NCBI GenBank assembly: GCA_017959345.1
Contig: JAGDAW010000209.1
Span: forward strand, 1 to 34,452
Direction: 5' to 3'
Length of the DNA: 34,452 nt
Origin: Lachnospiraceae bacterium
GTDB taxonomy: Bacteria > Bacillota > Clostridia > Lachnospirales > Lachnospiraceae
Position numbers and translations under genes: made by a program. Below are positions 15,989-23,777 of the stretch, in pieces. The first letter of the stretch is position 1; each line of letters starts with the position of its first letter. A model generated the notes under the pieces. That model was not told where the DNA came from, did no database searches, and saw nothing but the letters and a program-made list of their open reading frames with translations.

Positions 15989-17352
15989 GCGGGCTGCCTC
16001 CTCTCACGGTCCCGGGGCACCGGCAGCATGATATCCAGGTTGAACCGCCCGTCCCGGATGGAAAAATCAAGGTCACCGTCCAGCTGCCGCACCAGAAGCT
16101 TCATGCTCCGGATCCCGAAGCCGTGTTCCCGCTTGTTCTCCTTCGTCGTCTGCGGGACGCCGTTGACCAGGTTGAGTTCCGCGTTTTCGGGGCAGGAATT
16201 CTCGATGTGGACCATGATGACGCTGCCCTGGTCCCGCACATTGACCATAATAAGCCGCTTCTCCGGGTCCTCCACGAGTTCCGCGGATTCGATGGCGTTC
16301 TGGAGGGCGTTGCCGAACAGGGAATAGAGTTTCCCGGGCGAGATGAAGTCCAGCCGCTCCCCCTCGATCATGCAGGTGAGGCGGATGCCTTTCTTGTCGC
16401 AGAGGATGTTTTTCTCCGCCAGGATGACGTCGAGCGCCGGGTTCCCGGTCTGGATCGTGACGCCGTAGAAACTGAGGGCATTCTCGAGTTCGATGATCGT
16501 ATTGTCATCGATCAGGCCGTTGATATTCCTGAGCGTCCCGATCTGGCTCTTCAGGTCATGGCAGCGGATATTGAGCAGGTCAATGTTCTCCTTGCTGAGC
16601 TCATACCGCTCCTTATCCTTCTTCCAGAGCATGCTGATGGTCCGGAGTTCCCGCGCCGCGTCGTCCTTGTCCAGCATCAGGTACTGGTAGCCCAGGGAGA
16701 GCACGCACGAGAAAATGTTCGAAAGCGTCAGCATGATCATGGCCGGGCCGCGGCCTTCATTGACGCTGTATGTGGCGATGGAGGAAAAGACGATGTCGAA
16801 GGTGATCGTTACGATTACCCAGAAGAACAGGTAGAATTTGCTGAAGGAAAGCTCCTGGCTCCTGCGGATGCGCACCGCGACAAAGGCCCATACCGCCCAG
16901 TACACCAGCGCGAAAACGGAGACGTACAGGACCGCGTTGATGGCCAGGACCCCGCTCTGGAGGGACGGGACCTCGCCGGGCAGGTACACATTGATCGTAT
17001 CGATCCCCAGCAGCATGGTCAGCAGGGTGTTCAGCTCGAAGGCGATGTGCTGCGCCGTATAGGCAATGATGCCGCAGAAAAGCACATTGATCCAGGGTTC
17101 GTCGTAACAGAACTTCATCGCGGCGACGGACACGATGAACAGGGAAAAGAACATGAATACGGAATACGCCGCGTTGTAGGCCGCGATCGGGAACAGGAAC
17201 GCGGTCAGGTACATCAGGAGGATGGATGCCGCAGCGCGGAGCGGGAAATGCGCCCGCCGGTGGAGCGTGTAGGTGGTCAGCCCTTCCGCTATGCCAAGTT
17301 CGGTCACGAACAGGATTTTGTACCAGAATAACACAGATGAAAAGTCCGGCAT
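15985..17352 (-). CDS. AgrC-like (HPK10, GHKL/HATPase_c_5-type) sensor histidine kinase, 455 aa, polytopic N-terminus
   Basis: About 6-7 TM helices with very short loops. Phospho-acceptor box NIRCHDLKSQI. ATPase end NALQNAIES...HGFGIRSMKLLVRQLDGDLDF. GGAGG RBS. The start lies 1 nt after the regulator stop. Confidence 0.85.
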   Translation of the reverse strand: MPDFSSVLFWYKILFVTELGIAEGLTTYTLHRRAHFPLRAAASILLMYLTAFLFPIAAYNAAYSVFMFFSLFIVSVAAMKFCYDEPWINVLFCGIIAYTAQHIAFELNTLLTMLLGIDTINVYLPGEVPSLQSGVLAINAVLYVSVFALVYWAVWAFVAVRIRRSQELSFSKFYLFFWVIVTITFDIVFSSIATYSVNEGRGPAMIMLTLSNIFSCVLSLGYQYLMLDKDDAARELRTISMLWKKDKERYELSKENIDLLNIRCHDLKSQIGTLRNINGLIDDNTIIELENALSFYGVTIQTGNPALDVILAEKNILCDKKGIRLTCMIEGERLDFISPGKLYSLFGNALQNAIESAELVEDPEKRLIMVNVRDQGSVIMVHIENSCPENAELNLVNGVPQTTKENKREHGFGIRSMKLLVRQLDGDLDFSIRDGRFNLDIMLPVPRDRERRQPA

Positions 17353-17353
17353 A

Positions 17354-18061
17354 TCAACCTCCGACAGTCCCTTCGTAACGCGCCAGGTCCATGAGGAATT
17401 CCCGCTTCCTCGCGCGGGAGATCTTCAGGGTATGCTTCCCGACGGTCACCGAATCCCGGTCTACGGTCTTCACCTGCTGCAGGTTCACCAGGTAGCACAC
17501 GTTGCAGCGGGAGAAGCATTCCGGGGGCAGCAGCTTCTCCGTGGTCACGAGGGTCCCCCAGGACTCCACTTCCCCGCCGACGGTATGGAACACCAGCTTA
17601 TGCCGGATGACTTCTATGTACAGGATATCGCGGATCCGGAGGCGGGCCATGCCGTTCGCCGTTTTGACCGACAGGTCCCCCGGCCCGTTGGAACGGACCC
17701 GCCGGATGACTTTCTCCATCACCACGTCAAAATCGTACCGGTTGACGGGCTTGACCACAAACCCGATGGCGTCCACCGTATACCCCTGGATCGCGTACTG
17801 TTTCAGGTTCGTGATAAAGACGAGGATCGTCGCCTGGTCCGTCCGGCGCAGGATCCGGGCCGCTTCCATGCCGTTCGACCCCGGCATCTTGATGTCCAGG
17901 AAGACCGCGTCGTATACCGGCGAATAGTTCTTCAGGAAAGAATCCGCGTCTTCAAAACAGGCGCACGCCACCGGCAGTTCCCGCGCCTGGCAGAACTGCT
18001 CCACATAATTCCTGATCTGGTTCCTGACGATTTCCTCGTCATCGACAATGGCGATCCTCAT
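17354..18061 (-). CDS. LytTR-family response regulator, 235 aa
   Basis: Start placed at the ATG at 18061 (MRIAIVDDEEIV), which has GGAGG upstream, rather than the track's 18094. Receiver motifs (DD, FLDIKMPG, ITNLK) are followed by a LytTR domain (ILYIEVIRHKLVFHTVGGEVESWGTL...FSRCNVCYLVNLQQV). Confidence 0.9.
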   Translation of the reverse strand: MRIAIVDDEEIVRNQIRNYVEQFCQARELPVACACFEDADSFLKNYSPVYDAVFLDIKMPGSNGMEAARILRRTDQATILVFITNLKQYAIQGYTVDAIGFVVKPVNRYDFDVVMEKVIRRVRSNGPGDLSVKTANGMARLRIRDILYIEVIRHKLVFHTVGGEVESWGTLVTTEKLLPPECFSRCNVCYLVNLQQVKTVDRDSVTVGKHTLKISRARKREFLMDLARYEGTVGG

Positions 18062-18085
18062 ACCTGCCTCCAACCTGTATTTCCT

Positions 18086-18114
18086 AATATACATGGACTT
18101 GTATGGGATGTCAA
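18086..18114 (-). promoter_or_regulatory. sigma-70-type promoter of the regulator-kinase-GH3c operon (TTGACA-17 nt-TATATT)
   Basis: -35 is the reverse complement of 18109-18114 and -10 the reverse complement of 18086-18091, spacing 17 nt. The leader to the GGAGG RBS is short. Confidence 0.55.
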
Positions 18115-18288
18115 TGCCGTCCGGGACAAAAGATGATTTCCCCCTTGCGCATCCCCGCCGCTGCGGCTTCAGTACGCGTCCGGGTTCCCCGTGCGGCCGC
18201 CTGCGCGCTCCGCGTTCCGCGGTGCCGCGCGTGCCCGGTTCCCGCGTCCGGGAACCGCCCCTTTATATATTTTCCGCGTGCTTCCGCC

Positions 18289-18317
18289 TTGATTCCAGCC
18301 TCAATTTCTGTTATGAT
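18289..18317 (+). promoter_or_regulatory. sigma-70-type promoter for the yitT-family gene (TTGATT-17 nt-TATGAT)
   Basis: -35 at 18289-18294 and -10 at 18312-18317, spacing 17 nt. Confidence 0.55.
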
Positions 18318-18445
18318 GGTGAAAAGTATATCGTGTCGGGGGAAACAGCCGCGGAACCGCGCGCCCCCAGGAAACCGGAGAGGAACCGGCCGGCCGCATG
18401 GACCGCCTGCCGTATCCCCTCCGTCATTTACGAAAGGCACCTGTC

Positions 18446-19354
18446 ATGAGACCTTACGAAAAACCGATCCGGAAAATCATTTTCTCCACCGTATGCATCC
18501 TTCTCGGAAATGCGCTCCTCGCCTTCCTGGTCGCGGCGTTCGTCATTCCCCACAACATCATCATGGGCGGCACGACCGGCATCGGGATCGTGCTGAACAG
18601 GCTCTTCCCCCAGGTCGAGGTCTCCGTCTATGTGCTGGTCCTGAACGTCCTGCTCCTGCTCGCCGGGTGGCGGATCCTGGGCCGCCAGTTCGCGCTGACG
18701 ACCATCGCGAGCACATTCCTCTACCCCGTCTTCCTCGGCGCCATCCAGCGGATCCCGGGCATCGAATCCCTGACCGGGAATTCCCTCACGGCCGCCCTGT
18801 TCGCCGGCACCCTGATGGGCGTCGCGCTCGGCCTCGTCATGCGGGTCGGCTCCTCCACCGGCGGCATGGACGTGGTGGATATGGTGCTCGCGCACTGGAC
18901 GCACCTGCCGGTCGCGCTGTTCGTCTGGCTCGGCGACCTGGTCGTCATCGGGGGGCAGGCGTTCTTCAGCCCGGCGGAGAATACGCTCCTCGGCATCATC
19001 GTCCTGGTCCTGGAAAGCATCGTGCTCGACAAGGTCATGCTGGTCGGCAAGGCCCAGTCGCAGGTCTTCGTCATCTCGAAGCGGTACGAAGCCATCCGTG
19101 AGATGGTCATGAACGACCTCTCCGCCGGCTGTACCATGGTGGAGATCGAGACCGGCCGTCTCCGGATTCCCGCGAAAGGCGTGCTCTGCGTGATCCCGCA
19201 GCGGAAAGTCTATGACGTGACCGAACGGATCCGCGCGCTGGACCCGGAATCGTTCATGACCATTTCGCAGATCAACGAAGTGCACGGGCGCGGGTTCACG
19301 ACGGAACGGGAGATGCGGGACGAGGTTCCTGCCGGACAGGACTATTCTGCCTGA
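18446..19354 (+). CDS. YitT-family membrane protein with C-terminal DUF2179 domain, 302 aa
   Basis: MRPYEKPIRKIIFSTVCILLGNALLAFLVAAFVIPHNIIMGGTTGIGIVL...; C-terminus VFVISKRYEAIREMV...TMVEIETG...LCVIPQRKVYDVTERIRALDPESFMTISQINEVHGRGF. The upstream in-frame ATG at 18398 is an alternative start; both candidate RBSs are weak. Confidence 0.85.
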   Translation: MRPYEKPIRKIIFSTVCILLGNALLAFLVAAFVIPHNIIMGGTTGIGIVLNRLFPQVEVSVYVLVLNVLLLLAGWRILGRQFALTTIASTFLYPVFLGAIQRIPGIESLTGNSLTAALFAGTLMGVALGLVMRVGSSTGGMDVVDMVLAHWTHLPVALFVWLGDLVVIGGQAFFSPAENTLLGIIVLVLESIVLDKVMLVGKAQSQVFVISKRYEAIREMVMNDLSAGCTMVEIETGRLRIPAKGVLCVIPQRKVYDVTERIRALDPESFMTISQINEVHGRGFTTEREMRDEVPAGQDYSA

Positions 19355-19370
19355 TGCAGACATGAAAATG

Positions 19371-19425
19371 AAAAACGAACGCGGGCCCGGCAGAGATGCC
19401 GGGCCCGCGTCATCATGCGGTTTTT
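19371..19425. terminator. bidirectional intrinsic terminator between the convergent yitT-family gene and fba
   Basis: 14-bp perfect stem ACGCGGGCCCGGCA-gaga-TGCCGGGCCCGCGT (19379-19410), flanked by an A-run (19371-19375) and a T-run (19421-25). The U-tract is clean for the minus-strand fba transcript. Confidence 0.8.
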
Positions 19426-19453
19426 ATCCGTTCCGGATTCTTTCCGGCCGGGA

Positions 19454-20392
19454 TCAGATCTTGTGGTCGCAGCCGAGCACGTTCACGATCTTATGGGCAA
19501 CGATGTCCTTCACGTTCGTACGGCCGGGGGTCAGGTACTGCCTGGGATCAAAGTGGTCCGGATGCGCTGCAAGGTGCTGGCGGATGCCGGCGGTCATGCC
19601 GAGACGCAGGTCGGAGTCGATATTGATCTTGCAGACCGCGCCCTTCGCGGCCAGGCGAAGCTGCTCTTCCGGAATGCCGATGGCATCCTTCAGCGCGCCG
19701 CCGTTCTCATTGATGATCTTCACATATTCCTGGGGAACGGAAGAAGACCCGTGGAGGACAATCGGGAAGCCGGGCAGACGCCGGGAGACTTCCTCAAGGA
19801 TGTCGAGACGGAGCTTCGGGTTCGTGCCGGGTTTGAACTTGTACGCGCCGTGGGAGGTACCGATGGCGATGGCCAGGGAATCCACGCCGGTACGCTTCAC
19901 GAACTCTTCCACCTGGTCGGGATCCGTGAACATGGCCTTATCCGCATCGACGGACACCGCGTCCTCGATGCCGGCCAGCGTACCGAGTTCCGCTTCGACG
20001 ACGACGCCGTGCTCATGGGCGTACTCCGCGACCCTGCGGGACTCCGCGATATTCTCTTCGAAGGAGTGGCCGGAATAGTCGATCATGACGGACGTGAAGC
20101 CGGAATCCACACAGTCCTTGCAGACGTCGAAATTCGCGCCGTGGTCCAGATGGAGGACAATGGGAATCTCGGGATGCAGCTCAACCGCCGCTTCCACAAG
20201 CTTGACAAGGTAGATGGAATTCGCGTACTTCCTCGCACCGGCGGACGCCTGAAGGATCAGGGGGGCTTCCAGCTCGGCAGCGGCTTCCGTGATGCCCTGG
20301 ACGATCTCCATGTTGTTGACATTAAAGGCGCCGATGGCATAGCCGCCGTAGTAGGCCTTCTCAAACATCTCTTTACTGGTTACAAGTGCCAT
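19454..20392 (-). CDS. fba: class II fructose-1,6-bisphosphate aldolase, 312 aa
   Basis: MALVTSKEMFEKAYYGGYAIGAFNVNNME...LHLDHG...GFTSVMIDYS...EAELG...AIAIGTSHGAYKF...VLHGSSSVP. AAAGGAG RBS. Confidence 0.95.
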   Translation of the reverse strand: MALVTSKEMFEKAYYGGYAIGAFNVNNMEIVQGITEAAAELEAPLILQASAGARKYANSIYLVKLVEAAVELHPEIPIVLHLDHGANFDVCKDCVDSGFTSVMIDYSGHSFEENIAESRRVAEYAHEHGVVVEAELGTLAGIEDAVSVDADKAMFTDPDQVEEFVKRTGVDSLAIAIGTSHGAYKFKPGTNPKLRLDILEEVSRRLPGFPIVLHGSSSVPQEYVKIINENGGALKDAIGIPEEQLRLAAKGAVCKINIDSDLRLGMTAGIRQHLAAHPDHFDPRQYLTPGRTNVKDIVAHKIVNVLGCDHKI

Positions 20393-20442
20393 ATTCAGGT
20401 ACTCCTTTCAAATACTGTTAGTATAAAACCGGCTGAACCTGG

Positions 20443-22443
20443 TCAGCGGTTCGTCACATCACGGACGGCGTCGGCGACGGCTTCCGCGGTGAAACCGAAA
20501 TAGGGGAAGAGCTCCTTGTAGGGCGCGGAAGCGCCGAACGTCTTCATGGCGATGACCTTCCCGTCAAGGCCGGCGTAGGAACCCAGGCCGAAACCGGACA
20601 GGGCTTCGACCACGACGCGCGCGCGGACGGCCTTCGGGAGCACATGCTCCTTATACGCCTCATCCTGCTCCTCAAAGAGGTCCAGGCACGGCGCGGACAC
20701 GATCCGGACGTCGATGCCGTCGCCTTCGAGCAGCGCTTTCGCCTCTACCGCGAGCGACACTTCCGAACCGGACGCGAGGATGATGGCATCCGGGACGTCC
20801 TTCTTCGAATCCTGCAGGATATACGCGCCCTTCAGCGCTTCGCGGGAAGAGCCTTCAAGCTGCGGCAGGTTCTGCCGGGTCAGGGCGAGCGCCGTCGGCG
20901 TGCCTTCCGACGTCATGGCGCTGAACCACGCCGCGTTCGTCTCCATGGCGTCCGCCGGGCGGAACAGCCGGAAATTCGGCATGGCGCGGAACATGGCCGC
21001 CTGCTCGATGGGCTCATGCGTGGGCCCGTCCTCACCGACCCCGATTGAATCATGCGTGAAGACGTAGATCACGGGGATGTTCATGATGGAGGCCAGCCGC
21101 GTCATGGGCTTCAGGTACTCCGAGAAGACGAAGAACGTGGACACGTACGGCACCAGCCCGCCGTGCAGCAGCATGCCGTTCGCGATGCCGCCCATGGCCA
21201 GCTCGCGGATGCCGAAATGCATGTTCCGGCCTTCCGGATGCTCCGCCGAGAAATCCCCGGCGTCCTTCATATAGGTCTTGTTCGAGGGGGCAAGGTCCGC
21301 GGAGCCGCCCATGAAGTTCGGCACCAGGTCCTTCAGCCGGTTGATCACCTGCCCGGACAGGTTCCGGGTGGCTTCCGGCTTCTCCGCCCCGACCCAGAAA
21401 CGGTCGTTGTCGATCAGGTCCTTCACGGCGCCGCGGTCATGGTACTGGTCCCACTTCGCGCGGAGTTCCGGATACGCTACCGAATAATCGGCGAACAGGG
21501 CCTTCCACTCCTCTTCCTTCACGGCGTTCTTCGCGCCGATCTCCCGGTAATTCGCGTACACTTCCTCCGGGACGGCGAAGGGCTCTTCCAGCGGCCATCC
21601 GAGGAACGCGCGGAGTTCTTTGATATTCTCATCCCCGAGCGGCTCGCCGTGCGCCGCCGCGGTACCCATCTTCTTCGGGCAGCCGTAGCCGATCTGCGTG
21701 TGGATGGTGATGAAGGACGTGCGGGACGTATCCGCCTTCGCCAGTTCGATCGCCTTCCCGACCGCTTCGGTGTCGTTCCCGTCCGCGACGGACAGGGTCT
21801 GGAAACCGAACGCCTGCATGCGCATCTCTACATTCTCCCGGAACGCGATGTCCGTGGACCCCTCGATGGAGATCCCGTTCGAGTCATACAGGACAATGAG
21901 CTTCCCGAGGCCCAGCGTGCCCGCGAGCGAAAACGCCTCCGAGGAAATGCCTTCCATCATGCAGCCGTCGCCGCCGAGCACGAACGTATAATGGTCCACG
22001 ACCGGGAACCCTTCCCGGTTGAATTCCGCGGCCAGGTGCTTCTCCGCGATGGCCATGCCGACAGCCATGGCCATGCCCGCCCCGAGGGGGCCGGTGGACG
22101 CTTCCACGCCCGCGGTGTGGTGGAACTCGGGATGGCCGGGGGTCAGGGAGCCCATCTGGCGGAACCGTTTCAGTTCCTCAATCGAAAGATTCCCGTAGCC
22201 GTAAAGATGGAGCAGGGAATACAGCAGCATGGAGCCGTGCCCGCCGGACAGCACGAAGCGGTCCCGGTCCGGCCATGCCGGATCCTTCGGGTTATGGTTC
22301 ATGTGGTGCGCGAACAGCTCGTACGCAACCGCGGCCGAACCGAGCGGCAGGCCGGGATGGCCGGATTTCGCCTTCTGGATGGCGTCCGCCGAAAGCACGC
22401 GGATGGCCTGGATGGAAAGGTCTTCGATTCTCTTCATGATCAT
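20443..22443 (-). CDS. tkt: transketolase, single-polypeptide form, 666 aa
   Basis: ...SGHPGLPLGSAAVAYELF..., GDGCMMEGIS (ThDP motif), THDSIGVGEDGPTHEPIEQ. AGGAG is upstream. The start could also be the ATG two codons downstream (22437). Confidence 0.95.
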   Translation of the reverse strand: MIMKRIEDLSIQAIRVLSADAIQKAKSGHPGLPLGSAAVAYELFAHHMNHNPKDPAWPDRDRFVLSGGHGSMLLYSLLHLYGYGNLSIEELKRFRQMGSLTPGHPEFHHTAGVEASTGPLGAGMAMAVGMAIAEKHLAAEFNREGFPVVDHYTFVLGGDGCMMEGISSEAFSLAGTLGLGKLIVLYDSNGISIEGSTDIAFRENVEMRMQAFGFQTLSVADGNDTEAVGKAIELAKADTSRTSFITIHTQIGYGCPKKMGTAAAHGEPLGDENIKELRAFLGWPLEEPFAVPEEVYANYREIGAKNAVKEEEWKALFADYSVAYPELRAKWDQYHDRGAVKDLIDNDRFWVGAEKPEATRNLSGQVINRLKDLVPNFMGGSADLAPSNKTYMKDAGDFSAEHPEGRNMHFGIRELAMGGIANGMLLHGGLVPYVSTFFVFSEYLKPMTRLASIMNIPVIYVFTHDSIGVGEDGPTHEPIEQAAMFRAMPNFRLFRPADAMETNAAWFSAMTSEGTPTALALTRQNLPQLEGSSREALKGAYILQDSKKDVPDAIILASGSEVSLAVEAKALLEGDGIDVRIVSAPCLDLFEEQDEAYKEHVLPKAVRARVVVEALSGFGLGSYAGLDGKVIAMKTFGASAPYKELFPYFGFTAEAVADAVRDVTNR

Positions 22444-22469
22444 GATTCTCCTGTGATGATCTTTAAACG

Positions 22470-23690
22470 TTAACGGAATGTAATATGTTCGATCCTCGTC
22501 CCGGTGGAGAACAGCAGGCTGTCCTTCCCGGAGAAGGCGACGCCCGCCGGCGCGTCCACAAGGATCCCGTGGTACCGCAGCCTTCCGGATGCGTTGTACA
22601 ACCAGATCTCGTTCCGGTCCGCCACCATGACGCGTCCGTTCTTCGCGGTGATCACGGTGTATTTTCCGGGCAGTTCAAAGGAATTATACACTTCCCCGGT
22701 CATTTCGTAAAGAGTGCAAATAAACTTTCCTTCTTCTTCCGTGATCAGGACCGGCCGGCCGTCCATGGATAGGACGGAACGCAGGTTCTCGCGGAGCGGC
22801 AGCATGGTGCGCTCCGGGTCGCCCCGGGAGGGAATCGTGAAGAAGGAGAGCATATTGTCCCCGACGGCCACCAGGTGGTCGTCGTCCTTGAAGTCGCACG
22901 ACAGGAGGAACGTGTCCGTGTCGTAGTAATCCGTAAACCGCCCGATCACGTAGCCGTTCGACTCCCGCCCCTTGCCGAAATCATACAGCACGAGGCGGCT
23001 CTCCCCGATGCCGTTCGCGGTGGAGTATGAAATGACCGCCAGCCGCTGCCCGTTCGGCGAGACGGACAGGTCCACCGGGTATCCGTTCGAGCTGAGCACC
23101 GTCTTCACTTCCACCGCGATCTTCGAGCCGAAGCGGTCGAAATAGGAAATGTACGCGGACTCGCTGGACTCCGTGAACACCGCGGTCACGCCGGAAGCGG
23201 AAATGTCCATCCCGTAGATCCTGCGGGATACGCGCACCGTACTGATCAGCCCCGACGTCCCGAAAATGTACACCTGGTACCCGCCGCTGTCATACATCGA
23301 GAAGAAATCCCCCTCGATCGCGATGACGGGCGAGGACAGGGACAGCGGCGTGCTCCACATCTGCGTCCCGCGCACGAAATACGTCACCGAATCCGCGCCG
23401 ATGACCAGGCACCCCGCCGAGAACGCGTAGACCTGCCCGGACGACATGCCGCCTGCCGGTTCGTCATAGTCCAGGGTGTAGGTGGTGTATTCATAGTTGT
23501 GATAGAAATAGAGCCCGGCACAGACGAGCGCGGCAGCCAGCGCGATGAAGGCGATCACCGTCCCGAAAATGCCGATCCAGGACCGCTTCTCCCCTTCTTC
23601 CGCCGCCCCGTCCGACGTGTCCAGGGTAATGACGGAAGACCTTAAGGCGTCCAGCCGCTCTTCACGTGTCCGAAATTCATCCGAAGCCAC
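22470..23690 (-). CDS. membrane-anchored protein of unknown function, 406 aa, beta-propeller-like ectodomain (resembles DUF5711-type Clostridia proteins, from memory)
   Basis: GTG start at 23690 with GAAGGAGG 7 nt upstream. Cytoplasmic N-tail, one TM (WIGIFGTVIAFIALAAALVCAGLYFY), then repetitive beta-strand-rich sequence. The stop is 26 nt upstream of tkt. Confidence 0.7.
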   Translation of the reverse strand: MASDEFRTREERLDALRSSVITLDTSDGAAEEGEKRSWIGIFGTVIAFIALAAALVCAGLYFYHNYEYTTYTLDYDEPAGGMSSGQVYAFSAGCLVIGADSVTYFVRGTQMWSTPLSLSSPVIAIEGDFFSMYDSGGYQVYIFGTSGLISTVRVSRRIYGMDISASGVTAVFTESSESAYISYFDRFGSKIAVEVKTVLSSNGYPVDLSVSPNGQRLAVISYSTANGIGESRLVLYDFGKGRESNGYVIGRFTDYYDTDTFLLSCDFKDDDHLVAVGDNMLSFFTIPSRGDPERTMLPLRENLRSVLSMDGRPVLITEEEGKFICTLYEMTGEVYNSFELPGKYTVITAKNGRVMVADRNEIWLYNASGRLRYHGILVDAPAGVAFSGKDSLLFSTGTRIEHITFR

Positions 23691-23777
23691 TTGGTTCCTC
23701 CTTCATGCGGGCGCTTCCCTCCGCGGGCGGGTCTGAACGGCACCGCAGCCGCACCTTCCCCGGGCGGGTCCGCGGCC

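Noticed and set aside
18111-18440. 109-aa minus-strand ORF upstream of the response regulator, considered as a possible AgrB/AgrD-like signal-peptide gene.
   Set aside because: It is an Arg/Gly/Ala-rich GC-noise translation with no RBS, no TM segments (needed for AgrB) and no AgrD-like amphipathic leader. It also spans both divergent promoters.
23724-23770. Perfect 10-mer direct repeat CGGGCGGGTC (23724-23733 and 23761-23770) flanked by CCGCGG palindromes, between the GH2-like stop and the DUF5711-like start.
   Set aside because: It is short, sits in an extremely GC-rich 87-bp spacer, and has no accompanying promoter, terminator or second line of evidence. It could be chance or a minor RNA stem.
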